A stretch of 64,000 bases of DNA from Phyllosticta citribraziliensis (lineage: Eukaryota). Below are positions 46,331 to 58,488 of this stretch, piece after piece. The position numbers were made by a program, and so were the translations under genes. Location of the stretch: the NCBI RefSeq assembly GCF_038025025.1, contig NW_027117340.1, positions 124,001-188,000 of the forward strand, given 5' to 3'. Under the pieces are notes generated by a model, which made no database searches, had not been told where the DNA came from, and was given only the letters and a program-made list of their open reading frames with translations. Positions within the stretch are counted from its first letter, which is position 1. Each line of letters begins with the position of its first letter.

Positions 46331-48801
46331 TCAGCCAGAGAAGCCCAGCCCATCCAACTCCTTACGGATGCCCTCCTCAGTCTGAATCTTCTTGACCTGC
46401 GTGTCCTCGAGCTTCTCGCCGCCCGCCTGCCGCATCTTGAGGTCGTCGATGGCGCGCAGCTTCTTGAGCAGGCTGCGCACCTTTTTGTCCTGGCTGTTGC
46501 CGCCCGCGCCGTCAGGGCTCGTAACCATGACGTCGGGCGTCTCGACGGGTGCGGGTGCTGCCGCCGCGGGTGCTGCTGCTGCTGCTGCCGGAGCTGCCGC
46601 TGCGGGGCCTCTGTTGGGCGTCAGGATCTGCGTCGGCGCCTGCTTGTGGCCATTGGCGTAGCCGCCGCCGCTCGAGTTCTTGTGGTGATGGTTGCCGCCG
46701 CGAGCATGGTGGTTGTCGCCTCGCGGGTAGTTGTCGCCGCGCGGGTGGTTGTCGCCGCGCGGGTGGCGGTGGTGAGAGTGCGAGCGGCCGTCGGGCGAGT
46801 TGCGCGTACGCGTGCGCGAGTTGCTGCGGCCGCCGCGGTCAGGGCTGCGGCTGGGGTTCTTGTGGCCGTGGCCGTGGCCGCCCTGAGCTTGGAGACCACC
46901 AGCCTTTTCGGCCGCTTCCCTGGCCTTCTTGGCCTCGCGCTTCTTCTTGTTCTTGAGCGCGGCCTTGGAGAGGTCGGTGTCGGCGCCTTCGCCCGTTCCA
47001 GCCAGGCTGACTCCGCCGCCGGGAGCTGCTCCAGGCGGAACGTGCTCCTCGGCTCCAGGGACTTGACGGCGAGACCTGCCAAATCCGCCTCCATTCATGT
47101 TGCCACTAGTAGAGGAGATGCCAGAGTTGACAAAGGCCGCGCCGCCCTCGTCCTCGCGCTTGAAATGGAGGGGCGTGCTGCTACCACGAGCACCCGGAGG
47201 CCGGTATGCACCAGCAGGCTTGGTCGGAGCCTTGACAGTGCTGAGGTACTTGACGGCCGATTCGTGCGGGGCCGGGACGGCGGTCAAGGCATTTTCGATT
47301 GGGTGGGCCGAGATTGGCTGAGGACGCCAGCAGACGTGGTACAACTCGGTCATCTCTTCAAAGTACATCAGAGGACCGCTCACGTGCCATGTCTTGATGC
47401 CGTTGTCGACACGAAGGCGAGGGCTCGTCGTGGCAGTGAGAATGTGCTTGCCGTCGGGGCTCCACTCGCAAACCGAAGAGTTGCTGGCTTGGATGGTGGT
47501 AACCTTGGTATAATCCTTTTCAAGGTCGTAAATGTCCATCTGACCAGCCAAGTTTCCAAAGCCAGCCACGAGGACAAAACGACCATGAGGGGAAAAGAGA
47601 ATCGTGTTACGAGGTCCCAAGGCAAAGTTGTGGGTTGCAACGGCGCGCTGGTTGAAAATGGTCGTCTTGGCAGGCATGTAGCCGTAGACGACACCAAATT
47701 CCTTGGAGTTGGGAGACCAGGCTACGTCGTGGATAGGACCCTCCTTGTCTGGTTAAGTTAGCATTTTCATTCGAAAAATGGCCATGATGCTTACCGAGTG
47801 AGATTCTGGCGTCAAAGCCTCCGCTTGCGCTCAGAATATACATGTTGGTCTCTCCATAGTACGACTTGTTGGACTTGTCCACGTCGGTTTGTGCGAGAAC
47901 GATGACGCTGGTGCCCAAGTTGTTCCACTTGAATTGAACCTTGTCTCCCTTGAAAAAAGTCTTTTGCGACATGGGAGCGTTGAACTGCGGCACGAGGAAA
48001 ACTTTGACGGAGGCGGGTTGACCCTGAAAACTGTCAGCGAGCTCTGAGACTTTTTTTTTGGCCTTCTTACCTTGCGCTCCGGCACGAAAACTGCAACTGA
48101 ATGGTTTTTGCCGGGAGAAATGGCAAAGTCCGACACTCCTTCAACCCTGAGGTTGTTCCAGACGGTGCTCAAGTCATCGCTCTTGTAAAACTGCACCACG
48201 TTGGTTACGCAGCGGGCGCAGAATTGCTCGTCGGCGGTGTACTGCAAGTTCCAGCCAGTCTGGTTCTTTTGCACAAACTGGCCCACAACATTCCTCTCAG
48301 CGCTGTCATCAATCGTCCTCCAGACCTTCAAGTTCTTCGTGGCGTTTCCAGTCTCGTCCTTTGTAGGGCGCTGCCAGGTAATAATGTACGTGCCCAGCGG
48401 GGAGAAGCCCAGTTCGAAAACATTATCCGCGGGGAGCGTGGTAACGACGGCTCCGGTCGACGCGTCAATGACGGAGACGCTGCAAATTACGCGTCAGCAG
48501 TCTGTTGAAGGAAGACGGGGGCTGCAACATACTTTTCGGGCGATGCCCATGCGAAATACTTGCCCTCGGGGGAGTAGCAGCAGCAGCGAAGGTTTCCTTC
48601 GGGCCTGTCGGCAACGGTCAGCAACTTAAACAACGGGTTGTGTTTGGAGTACGCACTTTTCAAATCCAGGCAGATCCTCGTAAACGGGAGCGGCGTTGAA
48701 AACGCCAATGCCCTTCAAAGTGCGGTCTGGCAAAACGCGTCAGTAGGCACCCGACGAAAGTTCAAGGGAGTCTGACAAGCCAACTGCGTCGGTTCAGCCA
48801 T
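46331..48801 (-). CDS. eIF2A: Translation initiation factor eIF2A (WD40 beta-propeller), 740 aa; exons 48801-48777, 48726-48657, 48604-48533, 48479-48071, 48023-47795, 47748-46331
   Basis: KSYYGETNMY, DKEGPIHDVAWSPNSKEFGVVYGYMPAKTTIF, FSPHGRFVLVAGFGNLAG, TATTSPRLRVDNG, AYRPPGARG, C-terminal KKVRSLLKKLRAIDDLK. Confidence 0.96.
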
Positions 48802-49856
48802 GACTAGCAAAAGCCACGGGCAGCGAGGCAAATAAAGTCGCGGAGAGTTGTCGGAGCAGCGCTAGAGAGCGGTGGTTGTGGAAGAGAGCGGGCAGTGATT
48901 CCTTTGTTCTGGAATCAAAGTGCCTTTGCGCGTCACGCAGGGCTGATCGGAAGGGCCTGCAAGTTTTGGTGGGGTGCGCGTGGCAGTCTCGGTCGCTGCG
49001 CAAGATAGTCAAATCCGCGCAAGCACTGCTCGATTGGCTGAAGGGCGAGTCGTCGAGGTGACGGGGCGGGGGACACGGAGTGAGGTTGACGTGGGTCAGA
49101 GAGCCGACGAGGATGGAGGCGAAACGGATGAGGCTCGCTTGAGCCTCTTCTTGGCTGGACTTGGCAAAGCTTCTCGGCGGGACGGGAGCGCTGCATCTTC
49201 ACCACCCACATCATCACTTGCATCATCGACAGGGGCAGCTCACCCAGTTTGGACGGCTGCGCTCACTCTGATCTAATCGTGACATTCCACAGCTCTTCAC
49301 TTTCGGGTTTAAGTCTTCGCTTTCTTCGACAACAACACCCAAGTCTCAGAGGTCAATTTTTCAAAGATCTTGTTCACGTCGCTTCTCCACATGTGCGGTC
49401 TGGAATCCTCAAGAATGGCCATCTCGTCGAAGCATCTGGAATACAAGACCCTCAGTGTGGGCTGCTGAGTCAGCATGCTTAAAATGCGACCGCTAACTCC
49501 TCCATCAGTTTCGAAAAGTGCCCTGACTCTGTTGAATGTCTTCCACGCAAGATCAAAGCGTGTTGCTGCGATGGTCAAAATGCAGCTACATTCGCTGATG
49601 CTTGAAAGGTCAATCGAGAGCCTCTGATGGCTCGGAACACTGACATGTCACTTCACAAAACAAAACCAATGTTGGAGCTGCTAATGATATTTGCTCCTAT
49701 TTACATGTCCAGTCATTCCAAACAATATGCTTCGTAAAATACCAAAGGACGCCGACAAGACGATTCTCAATGGTCACCGAGAGAAAAAGAGCGCAGCAGC
49801 TTCAAAACATGCCGGCGTTTGCGGACAGATCCGCTTTGGGTATCTAAGCGCAGTAC

Positions 49857-50375
49857 TTAAGCGCAGTACAGGTCGGAGGTCGACGAGTCGAAGGTGCACT
49901 TGCTGGTGTCGTAGTAGGTGGCAAGCTGTCAAATTTGTTAGCCATGGCCGATCAAGCTGAAACGAATGTCAAGACTTACGTTGATGTAGCCACCGTCACC
50001 CTGCGAGTTGAAGTGGTTGTCCGGGCCGGACATGAAGAAGCAGTCGTAGCTATTTCCCAGGTCAGTACTTTCCCCATACTCTTTGAACGTGTAAACTTAC
50101 TCGGTGTGCAGGAGGTCCTGCTTCAGGTTGACGCTGGTCTTCTCGTACATCTGGGCCGTGTTGCTGACTTCGTAGCCCATGTTGTAGCAGACGGCAGCAT
50201 CGTAGTTGGAAGACCTGGCATCCCACATGGCCTTGACGGTCTTCTGGGTGAAAGCCTCACGGGCATCGTCCCACGAGCCAAGGTTGGCAATGGTAGGAGC
50301 AACCTGGTTGATGGCAGCAGTCATCAAGGCCGTGGCGGCGGTGGTGAGGATGGTGACGGCGACGGCGGAGGCCAT
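49857..50375 (-). CDS. Small 4-Cys fungal protein, 137 aa, effector-like; exons 50375-50101, 50049-49980, 49925-49857
   Basis: TATAAA at 50480-50475, ATCACA-ATG context, two perfect GTAAGT introns with CTGAC/CTAAC branches. The product reads MASAVAVTILTTAATALMTAAINQVAPTIANLGSWDDAREAFTQKTV...AVCYN...LHTDYDCFFMSGPDNHFNSQGDGGYINLATYYDTSKCTFDSSTSDLYCA. Confidence 0.88.
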
Positions 50376-52702
50376 TGTGATTGTGGTTTGTTGGTTGGGT
50401 TGGAAAGTGGTGTTTGGAATGAGGAGACTGTGCTGAAGCTGATGATGTCCTTTCCCTCGACCACGGGGCGGCTCTTTATATGGCACGTTTGAGGTCTTTG
50501 AGCGGTATCGCCAGAGATTCAGTACCTTGGTGAGTCTCACCGCGACCTACCGGCACCGAGCGTCGCCCTTCTCGATGACCCGCCAAACCAGCATCGCTTC
50601 TACAGAATCGAGGTCCCATCTGGCCTCGTGGTCTGTGTATACGAGGCACGGCGGAGGCACAGTGTCCCTTGAGACCTACCAAACCTCCAAGGTACTCCCG
50701 TCTCGCAAAGGGACCTTACCAATCACTGCCCGCCCAACGACCTTGGCGCTCTGAGGACGTGTATTCAGAGAGCGCGTGCACTGTCCCTCCAATGAGGCTG
50801 AAGGACAGGCACGAGTCAGCCTGCTCGCTCGGTCGTTCGGAGAGGGGCCGAAACGGCGGCCGGGTAGCTCCGAACGACTGTCTGGTTACCTGATGCGGCT
50901 AGGGGACGAGGATTTGTAGCGAGAGTGGACTCCGTCCTGACTCGATCCTGCAGCAGACTCTCCTGTACCTGCATAAACACCTCTACCAAGCGAGCGGTCG
51001 TTTCTCGCTGAAACAAAAGAATAATGGATAGGGGCGGAGACCATTTGGCAGGCTGCTTCGGCATACCGCTTCCAATCCACCGAACGTCGAGTCCTTGGCG
51101 CCTGTCACGCCCGGCGAGATATCTCGAGCGACTCGGTCCCGTCGTATCTCGCCCTGTTGGGCGTGCCAACCGCCGCACGCCTGTTGGGTCGACTGTAATA
51201 TGACCTCTTGATGGCCTAAGGGTCGGTTTCCTCCACACTTGGCTCGGTGGTGTGCAGCTCTGGATCCTAATTTCCCTAATTCCACTACCAAGGAACGTCC
51301 ATGAAACAGGAACGAGTTTTCGCCGCGTCTTGTTCACCTGTTTCCGTCCATACATGGTTGGCGCTGTATTTTCTTGCCCAAACCAAGACGCCATGGCTCG
51401 CCGCGGCCCAGCAGACTCCACCAAACGGGCAGGTGTTCAACAAACGGTCTGCGGGGAGAACATCGACGACGGCGGTACGTAGCCAGCAGGCAGCGCACGG
51501 CTCGGTTATCCCATCATGATACAGCGCCTAGGGACTCACGGTCCAAGCAATGGCGAGGAGTCCACAGCGACTCACAGACGCAGAAACCACATGACCCAGC
51601 CTGCTTCCCCTACCATTGGCCAATCCTTTACTGATCTCTCGTGAGGGCGTCCTTTTTTTACCCCATGCGCATCGGCCGTTGGCCCGCAACCATTTTGCGG
51701 AGTGATCCACGGGACGGCATAAACCGCATGGGCCGTGGAAGAGGTGTGGTTGCGGGCCTTTCAAAGTGGACTGCAAGGCTGAGCCGAAATTTGAGGGTAT
51801 TAAGACGTTGGATTGAGTTCAATAGTGTCTCTCGTGGACGTCACGGTCTCCTGTGGTCTTTCGACCCGGTCTCGGCAGCCAAGTTGGCGGTTGGTCTTGG
51901 TTCTCATCACGCTGAAAAGACGCATTCCAATGACTGATTCATTCGTCCAGAGCTTTGAGGTCATGACGCACCGCAATTTGATGTCCCATCTCCCGGTGAC
52001 CGAGTGGCCGAGAGGAAGGACTGCAGAAAGAACAACACAAACTCTATCTCGCGGGGCCAGACGATCCTGTGGGGGAGGGCAGTGTCCAAGATGAACATCA
52101 TTGCCGCAGAAAGGAGCAAAAGACGACGCTGGCGCTTGCCGAAGGGACCGGTACTTCCCGCACAGGACGATCTACATTTTCACTCAATAAAGTCTACAGA
52201 CGACATCGAGTTGTCGACTCATTTGTCGTGGAAGCAGACACCGAGCGCAGTGGAAAGAACGACGTTGCTCTCTTTTTATTTTTGTACTCGCGACAACAGC
52301 TACTAATCGGTTCAGAGAAGCGGTGACAACATACGGCCGAAATTGATGATGCACATTCTACCTGCAGTACATTGGAAAGAGAGTCATACATTTTGCTTTG
52401 CCTCGCAGAGTTCCAGGCGCCATGACGTGGGGGATGATCCACGAGACAAAGCTCGAGAATGAAGAGGCTGTGAGAAGAGATGGAAATTGTCGCAACTGCA
52501 AGAGAAGAAAAACACAAAGCGCGGACCCTTCCACCCGAAGTCGGTCATGACTTTTCCTCGTCGGTGCCCATCATGGTACCAATGGAGTAATATTGGCGCG
52601 TTCCTGCCAAAGTCCATATGGCGGCCTTGAAATGGGAACCTTCACCGCCAGTCCGCGAAACCGCCTTTAAAGGCTCCATCTCTTTTCAAACCACCACCTT
52701 CA

Positions 52703-54157
52703 TCACTGGACCACTTCCCCTTCCCATCGCTCCTTACCTCTCGCCATGGAAAACATCGGCCCTGGCGGCGCTGCATAAGTCGGGGATCCGTATGACGGCG
52801 TTTCCGTCGACCACGTGCTGAACGGCGGCCCAACCACAGACGACGGGGTTGGAGTCGGGGTCGATGTCAAGCCTTCAACACTACTCACCGTCGAGCCCGA
52901 GGGCGTGGGGGTCGGAAGCGTTGTTGTCGTGCTGGTGTACGCCGTTTCTGTCGACACGATGGTGGTCTCGCGACTGGACGGTCCGCAAGGAGTGCAAAAG
53001 GGCGGCGTGGGCCAGAGGGCTGCGGTCGTGGTGGTCGTGGTCGAGTAGACCGTGTATGGGGAGTTGATAATACGGGTCGACAATACCGTAGCCGTCCATG
53101 TGACCGTGGTTGGTGGCGTTGCCAAAATGCTCGTCTTGACGCTCGTCTTGATGCTTGTTGTCGTCACAGTGACGATACTCGGAGGAGCCGGTGTGCCGTA
53201 GTAGCGCGTGGTGGTCAAAGTGAGCGCGCTGGGTGAAACGACAGGACAGGAGCTTCCAGCGCTCACGCTCGACGAGATGTTCCATGGGGTAGAAGATGAA
53301 GTGGGCGGCAGATACGAGCTCGTGTACGTTGGTGTGCCTACACCGCCGCTGACGCTCGAATCGATGCTCTGAGTGTCGGTTGGAGTTGACGGAGGGAAAC
53401 TTTTCGTGAGAGTGCTAGAGAGCGTGATAGTACGAGTGCTTCTGTAGGTCGAGATTGAGTCGCATGGACTGCACCATCATCAGTGTGCCACGCTTGGAAT
53501 TTCCAAATCCCTCGGGAGGTCGATGCTTACATCCATTCTCTCTCACCCGGACTCCAGCACATGCCTACGATTGCTGACGTAGTGCATGTCCAGTTCGCAC
53601 CCGAGCAGGTTGAAACCACGTTGGGAGTCGTTCCAGGAGACAAAGTGAGACTTGGGGTGACAGACGGGAATCCGCTGCCTCCGTTCACACTCGAATCAAT
53701 GGACGTCGGTGGAAGCGAAGCTGATGGCGTCGAAGTGAAAGGCGGGTTCAAAGTATAGGTCGTTGAAGAGCTTGGGTACCGATACGTCGGGGTGCCCACG
53801 CTTGGTGGTGGAGCATAAGAGGGCCCTTCGTGAGCATGGCGGGGGACATTGACTTTTGAACGTTAGCGGACGGGGCCTTTTTGAGAGTTGGAGATGGAAG
53901 AGCAGTCTCTGAAGAACAGGGGAGAGACAGTAATGCTGTGCAGGCGAGGGATGATGCAAAGCAATGTGATGGGCAAAAGAGGCCACCAAAACCCCACCAT
54001 CGTATCCTAACCGAGAAATGACAGTCTTGTTGGCAGCATTACAGGGAAGGACAGAATTCTTGTCCGTGGTCGTCTGTGTGGGATTCAACTTACACTTCAC
54101 AGGGCCGGCTTGTCCGAGAGCCACCAAAAGAAGAGCAGTAAATCCTTCGACCAGCAT
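52703..54157 (-). CDS. Secreted Ser/Thr/Pro-rich (mucin-like) protein, ~383 aa; exons 54157-54094, 53852-53531, 53468-52703 (3' end uncertain)
   Basis: Signal-peptide-like MLVEGFTALLLVALGQAGP. Introns GTAAGT...GCTAAC...AAG and GTAAGC...CTGAT...CAG join the S/T-rich frames in phase. TATAAA at 54392-54387. Confidence 0.7.
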
Positions 54158-56225
54158 GGTGCGCTGTGTTCAGGTACAAATTCTCCGAGCAACGCGCTTC
54201 CTTTCTTGAGAGGACAAGTCTTCAACGCGCGCACCGAGGCTCGAATGATGAGGCGAGGCGGCACAGAGGATGGAAAATGGAAGAAAAGGGACAACGACGT
54301 ACTGTAGCAGTGAACGACAGTAGCAGTGAGCGTGGCAGATGTAGATGTTGGACCTGTCAATCCAACTTGTGTTTCTGAAGGTACACTTTATAGCTGCTTC
54401 TATTGAGATGAGGTATGTATGGACCCGTTCGTGCTCTGAAAAACCCGTTGGCAAGTTGGAAGCGTGCGACATCGTCCCAGGACATGGCGCCCTGAGATGA
54501 GGAAAGGACGTCAGGATTGATGCTTGTGTCGTCCAGTTATGATGCAGGTGGTACTGTTACCACCACAGAAGCAGAGGCGGGTGTAGCGGGGTACAGCGGG
54601 CTTGTTTGTGGTAATATCTTGTAGTACCGGCGGGTAAATGTAAGCAGATCTGCAGAAGTAGTATGTGACGTGCTGGCGTGAGGATGTATTGTGGTCAACT
54701 CCATTGACGGCATCCCGCTTGCTCTTCCGCCTCCGGATCCTGAAGACATAGATACAACAATCAAACATTTCCCGAAAGTTAGCATTTGGTCAGGGATTCG
54801 TACTCTCAAATTTGACGTGCTGTGTGTGATCCGTGACACCCGCCAGACCGTGCTCTTGCTGTCTTTGTTCGCATATCTGCTGTACTTGTGCCTTTCCTCC
54901 GGGGCCTGACAGCTAGACGGTCTCTGTTCTGGGAGAGTTGAACGACAAGACGTTCATTTGATGGTAAACCGTACCAACTTAAACGGTACAGGCTCAACAT
55001 AGGACGCAATCGCTCCGGTGTTTCCTCCCGCAAATGCGTCGGTAAGACTGACATAACTTGCATGCTTCTGAAGGCTCCATTGACTTCTGTCTCTCTCTGA
55101 TGTCCATTTCCACTCTTCTTTGCTTCTGAGTTCCTCCATCTCTTACCAAGCTGACTCTTCCCGTGCCGTTGCAGTATCGTCTCCTGCCGCACAAACAAAG
55201 CGCCACACGGCAAACCACTCATTCCCTGCTGCAAATCGGTCCAGATGTGAGGCCTCGGCTTAGTTCGGCGTCCTCCACCAAATCACCCAAGGGCCGTTGC
55301 ATGCATAACGACTGTTGTTCCGACCCGTCCGTTCTCAGCCATGCTGCACTTTGTCAAATCGAGAAAACGTGGAGTCAAACGTGTCGCAATGAGGCCTGGA
55401 AGCTCTGGACACGCTGCGCGTACCCGTCAGGTGGAACACGCCATCGGCCCGGTCCGGCAGTCTGTGTTGTGGCGGCCTGGTGGCTGGGATAGAAAGCGAA
55501 TAGGGCGGAGGTGGGTGCGACATGGCCTGCGTGTTTGCATGGAGTGTGCTTCCCAGATGTTCCTGTGGTGCGTCTAGGCAGGAGAGAGAATGGCGCAGAT
55601 GAAGACGCGGTCAGTGTGCAACTCTCACGACGTGGTACGTGGGTTGGCGTATTTCGAGTTGTTTTGCGAAGAACGACATGTCAGTTGTCAAATTGAATTT
55701 TGATTCTAACGGCATTTGAATTGTCACGTATGTCGCACGACCATCCAACGCTCAAGACCCACGGATAGCTGCTCGCTCCCCTCGAAAGAGGAGTAGACAG
55801 CCAGTGATCCAAGCGCGCACACCTTCACCACCGCAGCAGAGCTGACAGCAGCAAACATGTGCTGGGTCGACGACGCCGCGCCATTTTCCAAAGGAAAGTT
55901 TGGGCAGACGGTCGCCGGGTGTTGTGTGCACGAAGCCGGTTCCTTGCTGACTCACTGCTGACCTGGCCACTCGAACCGCTGTGCAAATGGCCGAGGGGGA
56001 GGCTTGACAGATTGTCACAGGGGAACCAGCCCATTTGATTTTCCGCGAGGAATACTGAGCAAGAGGCGCGTAAGTCAGGCCTGGGCCCCACCTTGCATCG
56101 CGGGTGATGATTTGAAGTGTGTGCTGTGACATCATGAGCAACGACAAAATGGACAGGGAGAAATGAACCGGCAGACCGCGCCGGCCTGTGGGGTATATTT
56201 GCTTTTCAGTCGAGCTCCTTCGACC

Positions 56226-58317
56226 CTACCTCGACGACCCCAAACCTGCAAACCCAACCTTCCTCGTGTTCGCAGCTGTGGTTGTGTTCCCCAATCGCAG
56301 CATTGGGTTGCGATTGTTGGGAGCTGCCTCACCAGACATGCCATTGAGAATGCGGTCCATGCCACCAAGATCAAGTTCCCCCCTCTTGAGCAACTCGTTG
56401 TCGACTTGAACGTGTCTCTCTGCTGAGTCCAAGTTGGCAAACAAACCACCGCTCGTCTTAGTGTGAGGCGTCGCGTGGACCAAGAAGAGCAGCCTCGTGC
56501 TGCCTGCAATCAGCAAGTCGCGCGGCACACCCATTCGAGCAGCCGTGCCATCTCGGGCGAACTGCTCGATGCCATTGATCGGCTCGCCATTGAGTGTGAT
56601 GCCTTCTACGCGCGTCAAGCCTGGGCCGTACAGAGATCCACTGCTGCTGGAGCCGCTATTCCGTTGCCAGAACTGTTGGAAATTGGGAATCCGAAAGACC
56701 TCGTTACCATACCACAGGACTAGGGCATCTTCTGTCTGCCCACTGGACTTGTTGATGGAGCTTGCAACAGAAATGCCACCTCGAGGGATGTCGGAAGTAG
56801 CTGATGTGACGGGGCCGTGGAAGAGGGATTCCTCGCGATGGCGACGTGTGTTTGGGGTCATGGGGGCAAGCGCCAGACCTCTGCTCCCCGTTTTCGAGGG
56901 TACCATAGGGGCCGACGACGTGGTTTTCTGTTCGGAACTGCTAATGTAGCCACGGATAGCGAAATTGAGAGTCTTGGTGACTCCAGGACCAGAGCCGTCA
57001 ACGTCCCAAGCGCCCCATTCGCCATCAACTAGCAAAGCCACGATGCTACGACCATCCGATGCCCACTTGGCATCCAAGATGCGTTTGCGCTGCGCGAGGC
57101 CGGGATGAGCGGTTTGGTCCTTGACCGACTCGAAGCTTGTCGAAAATGAAGCGACCCACGCGCCCAGCCTTTTTGCTTGTGTCATTCCTGGACGTGCGGA
57201 TCGTGGTCGTGCCCTCGGAGCAGCCAGAGGGTTGTAGACCTTGACGTAACCTTTGGAGTCGGCGACAAGCAGGTGCAAATGCCGGCGGCTTGGGAAGCGA
57301 GATGGGGTGAATGAGACGAGCGTTGCAGGAGCGGGTAGATATTGGGTCTGATAGGGAAAGACGGGTTTGGCGGTGAGGGAAAATCGATCATCTTTGGAGA
57401 TGATGGGGATCCGGAATATGTGCAAAACGCCGGTAACCTCTATGGAGTGTGAAGCCACGACCAGGTCCCAGTCTTTGACGTCCACCATGGCGGTGCGCTT
57501 CCTGGGCCGGGGCTCGCTCTCATCGTCTTCAGCGTCTTCATCTTCCTCCATGTCAACATCCTCGGTGAGCGAATCAGCATCGTTGGGTGTCCAAGTCATG
57601 GTGATGCCGCTCGGAATGGCCTGATGTCCATGTTGTCCCTCGATGCGCAACACCTGTTCTCCGTAAGGGGCCTGTACTTTGCTGCGGTCTGCAGCCTTGC
57701 GTGCGTCGGACGGCGGTGTCAGCGGCAGGGTAATGACTCGCACGCTTGTGTCGGCGCAGGCGGCAGAGACAACAATCTTTTCGTTGAATATGGGCGGTAT
57801 GACGTCTACGGGGTGCGACGGCTGATGGGGGAGCTGCGGGAGAGCGAGGGAGAGCACCTCGGTGCCCAGTGGGATGTCCAGTTGCTGGACAATGTGCGTA
57901 TGCTGCTCAGACTCGTTTTCTTCGTCTTCAGACTCGAATTCGGCGTCATCCTGTGCGGGTGGCGGAGGCGCTTGCGCTGGACTTTCATCGTCGCTGGTAA
58001 GGTCAATCATGACCACATCTGACGACGTCCCGTTTGTGCCGTTGACCTTGGGCTTGCCGACTTCCTTCGCCACAGCCTTCTTCTTCAGAGCCCGGCCGCC
58101 TCTCCAGATTATGCGAATGCCGTTGGTATGGCCGTATACGAGCACGGTAGAGCCATTTGCAGCCGTCTTCGGGTAGATTTTGGCAACGTTGACGCGGTGT
58201 TGAAGATCGTAGCTGGCACTTGTCAGCTAACTTAGGGACGCTGAAGAGGCTGAGAACAAACCAGAGATGAGTCTGCTTGCCATGGCGCGTCGTGCGCGGC
58301 TCGGTCCAAGTCGCCAT
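56226..58317 (-). CDS. NUP37: Nucleoporin Nup37-like WD40 protein, 680 aa; exons 58317-58262, 58212-56226
   Basis: N-terminus YDLQHRVNVAKIYP...NGSTVLVYGH.NGIRIIWRGG, RKRILDAKWA.DGRSIVALL.DGEWG.WD, LAPMTPNTRR, C-terminal LKRGELDLGGMDRIL. These match my recollection of fungal Nup37, so the family call rests on recall. Confidence 0.8.
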
Positions 58318-58488
58318 GGTGTTGTTGTGGTGTTGACGCAGGAGCAGCGGAAGCTTCGCTAGAGCTTTGAAGTTTCCCGCAAGTCGCGTCTCCCCGCGAT
58401 GCGCCCAGGTGAACAACAAACACCGAACACCGCTCCGCGACTATGCCACGACGTCGCCAGCCGCTTCCATGTCCCCTCTGCACAAACA

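Noticed and set aside
46646..47761. 371-aa plus-strand ORF
   Set aside because: Antisense shadow of eIF2A.
58262..58282. Apparent GC donor (G|GCAAGC) in Nup37 exon 1
   Set aside because: It gives the wrong phase. The GTTTGT donor at 58261 restores the frame.
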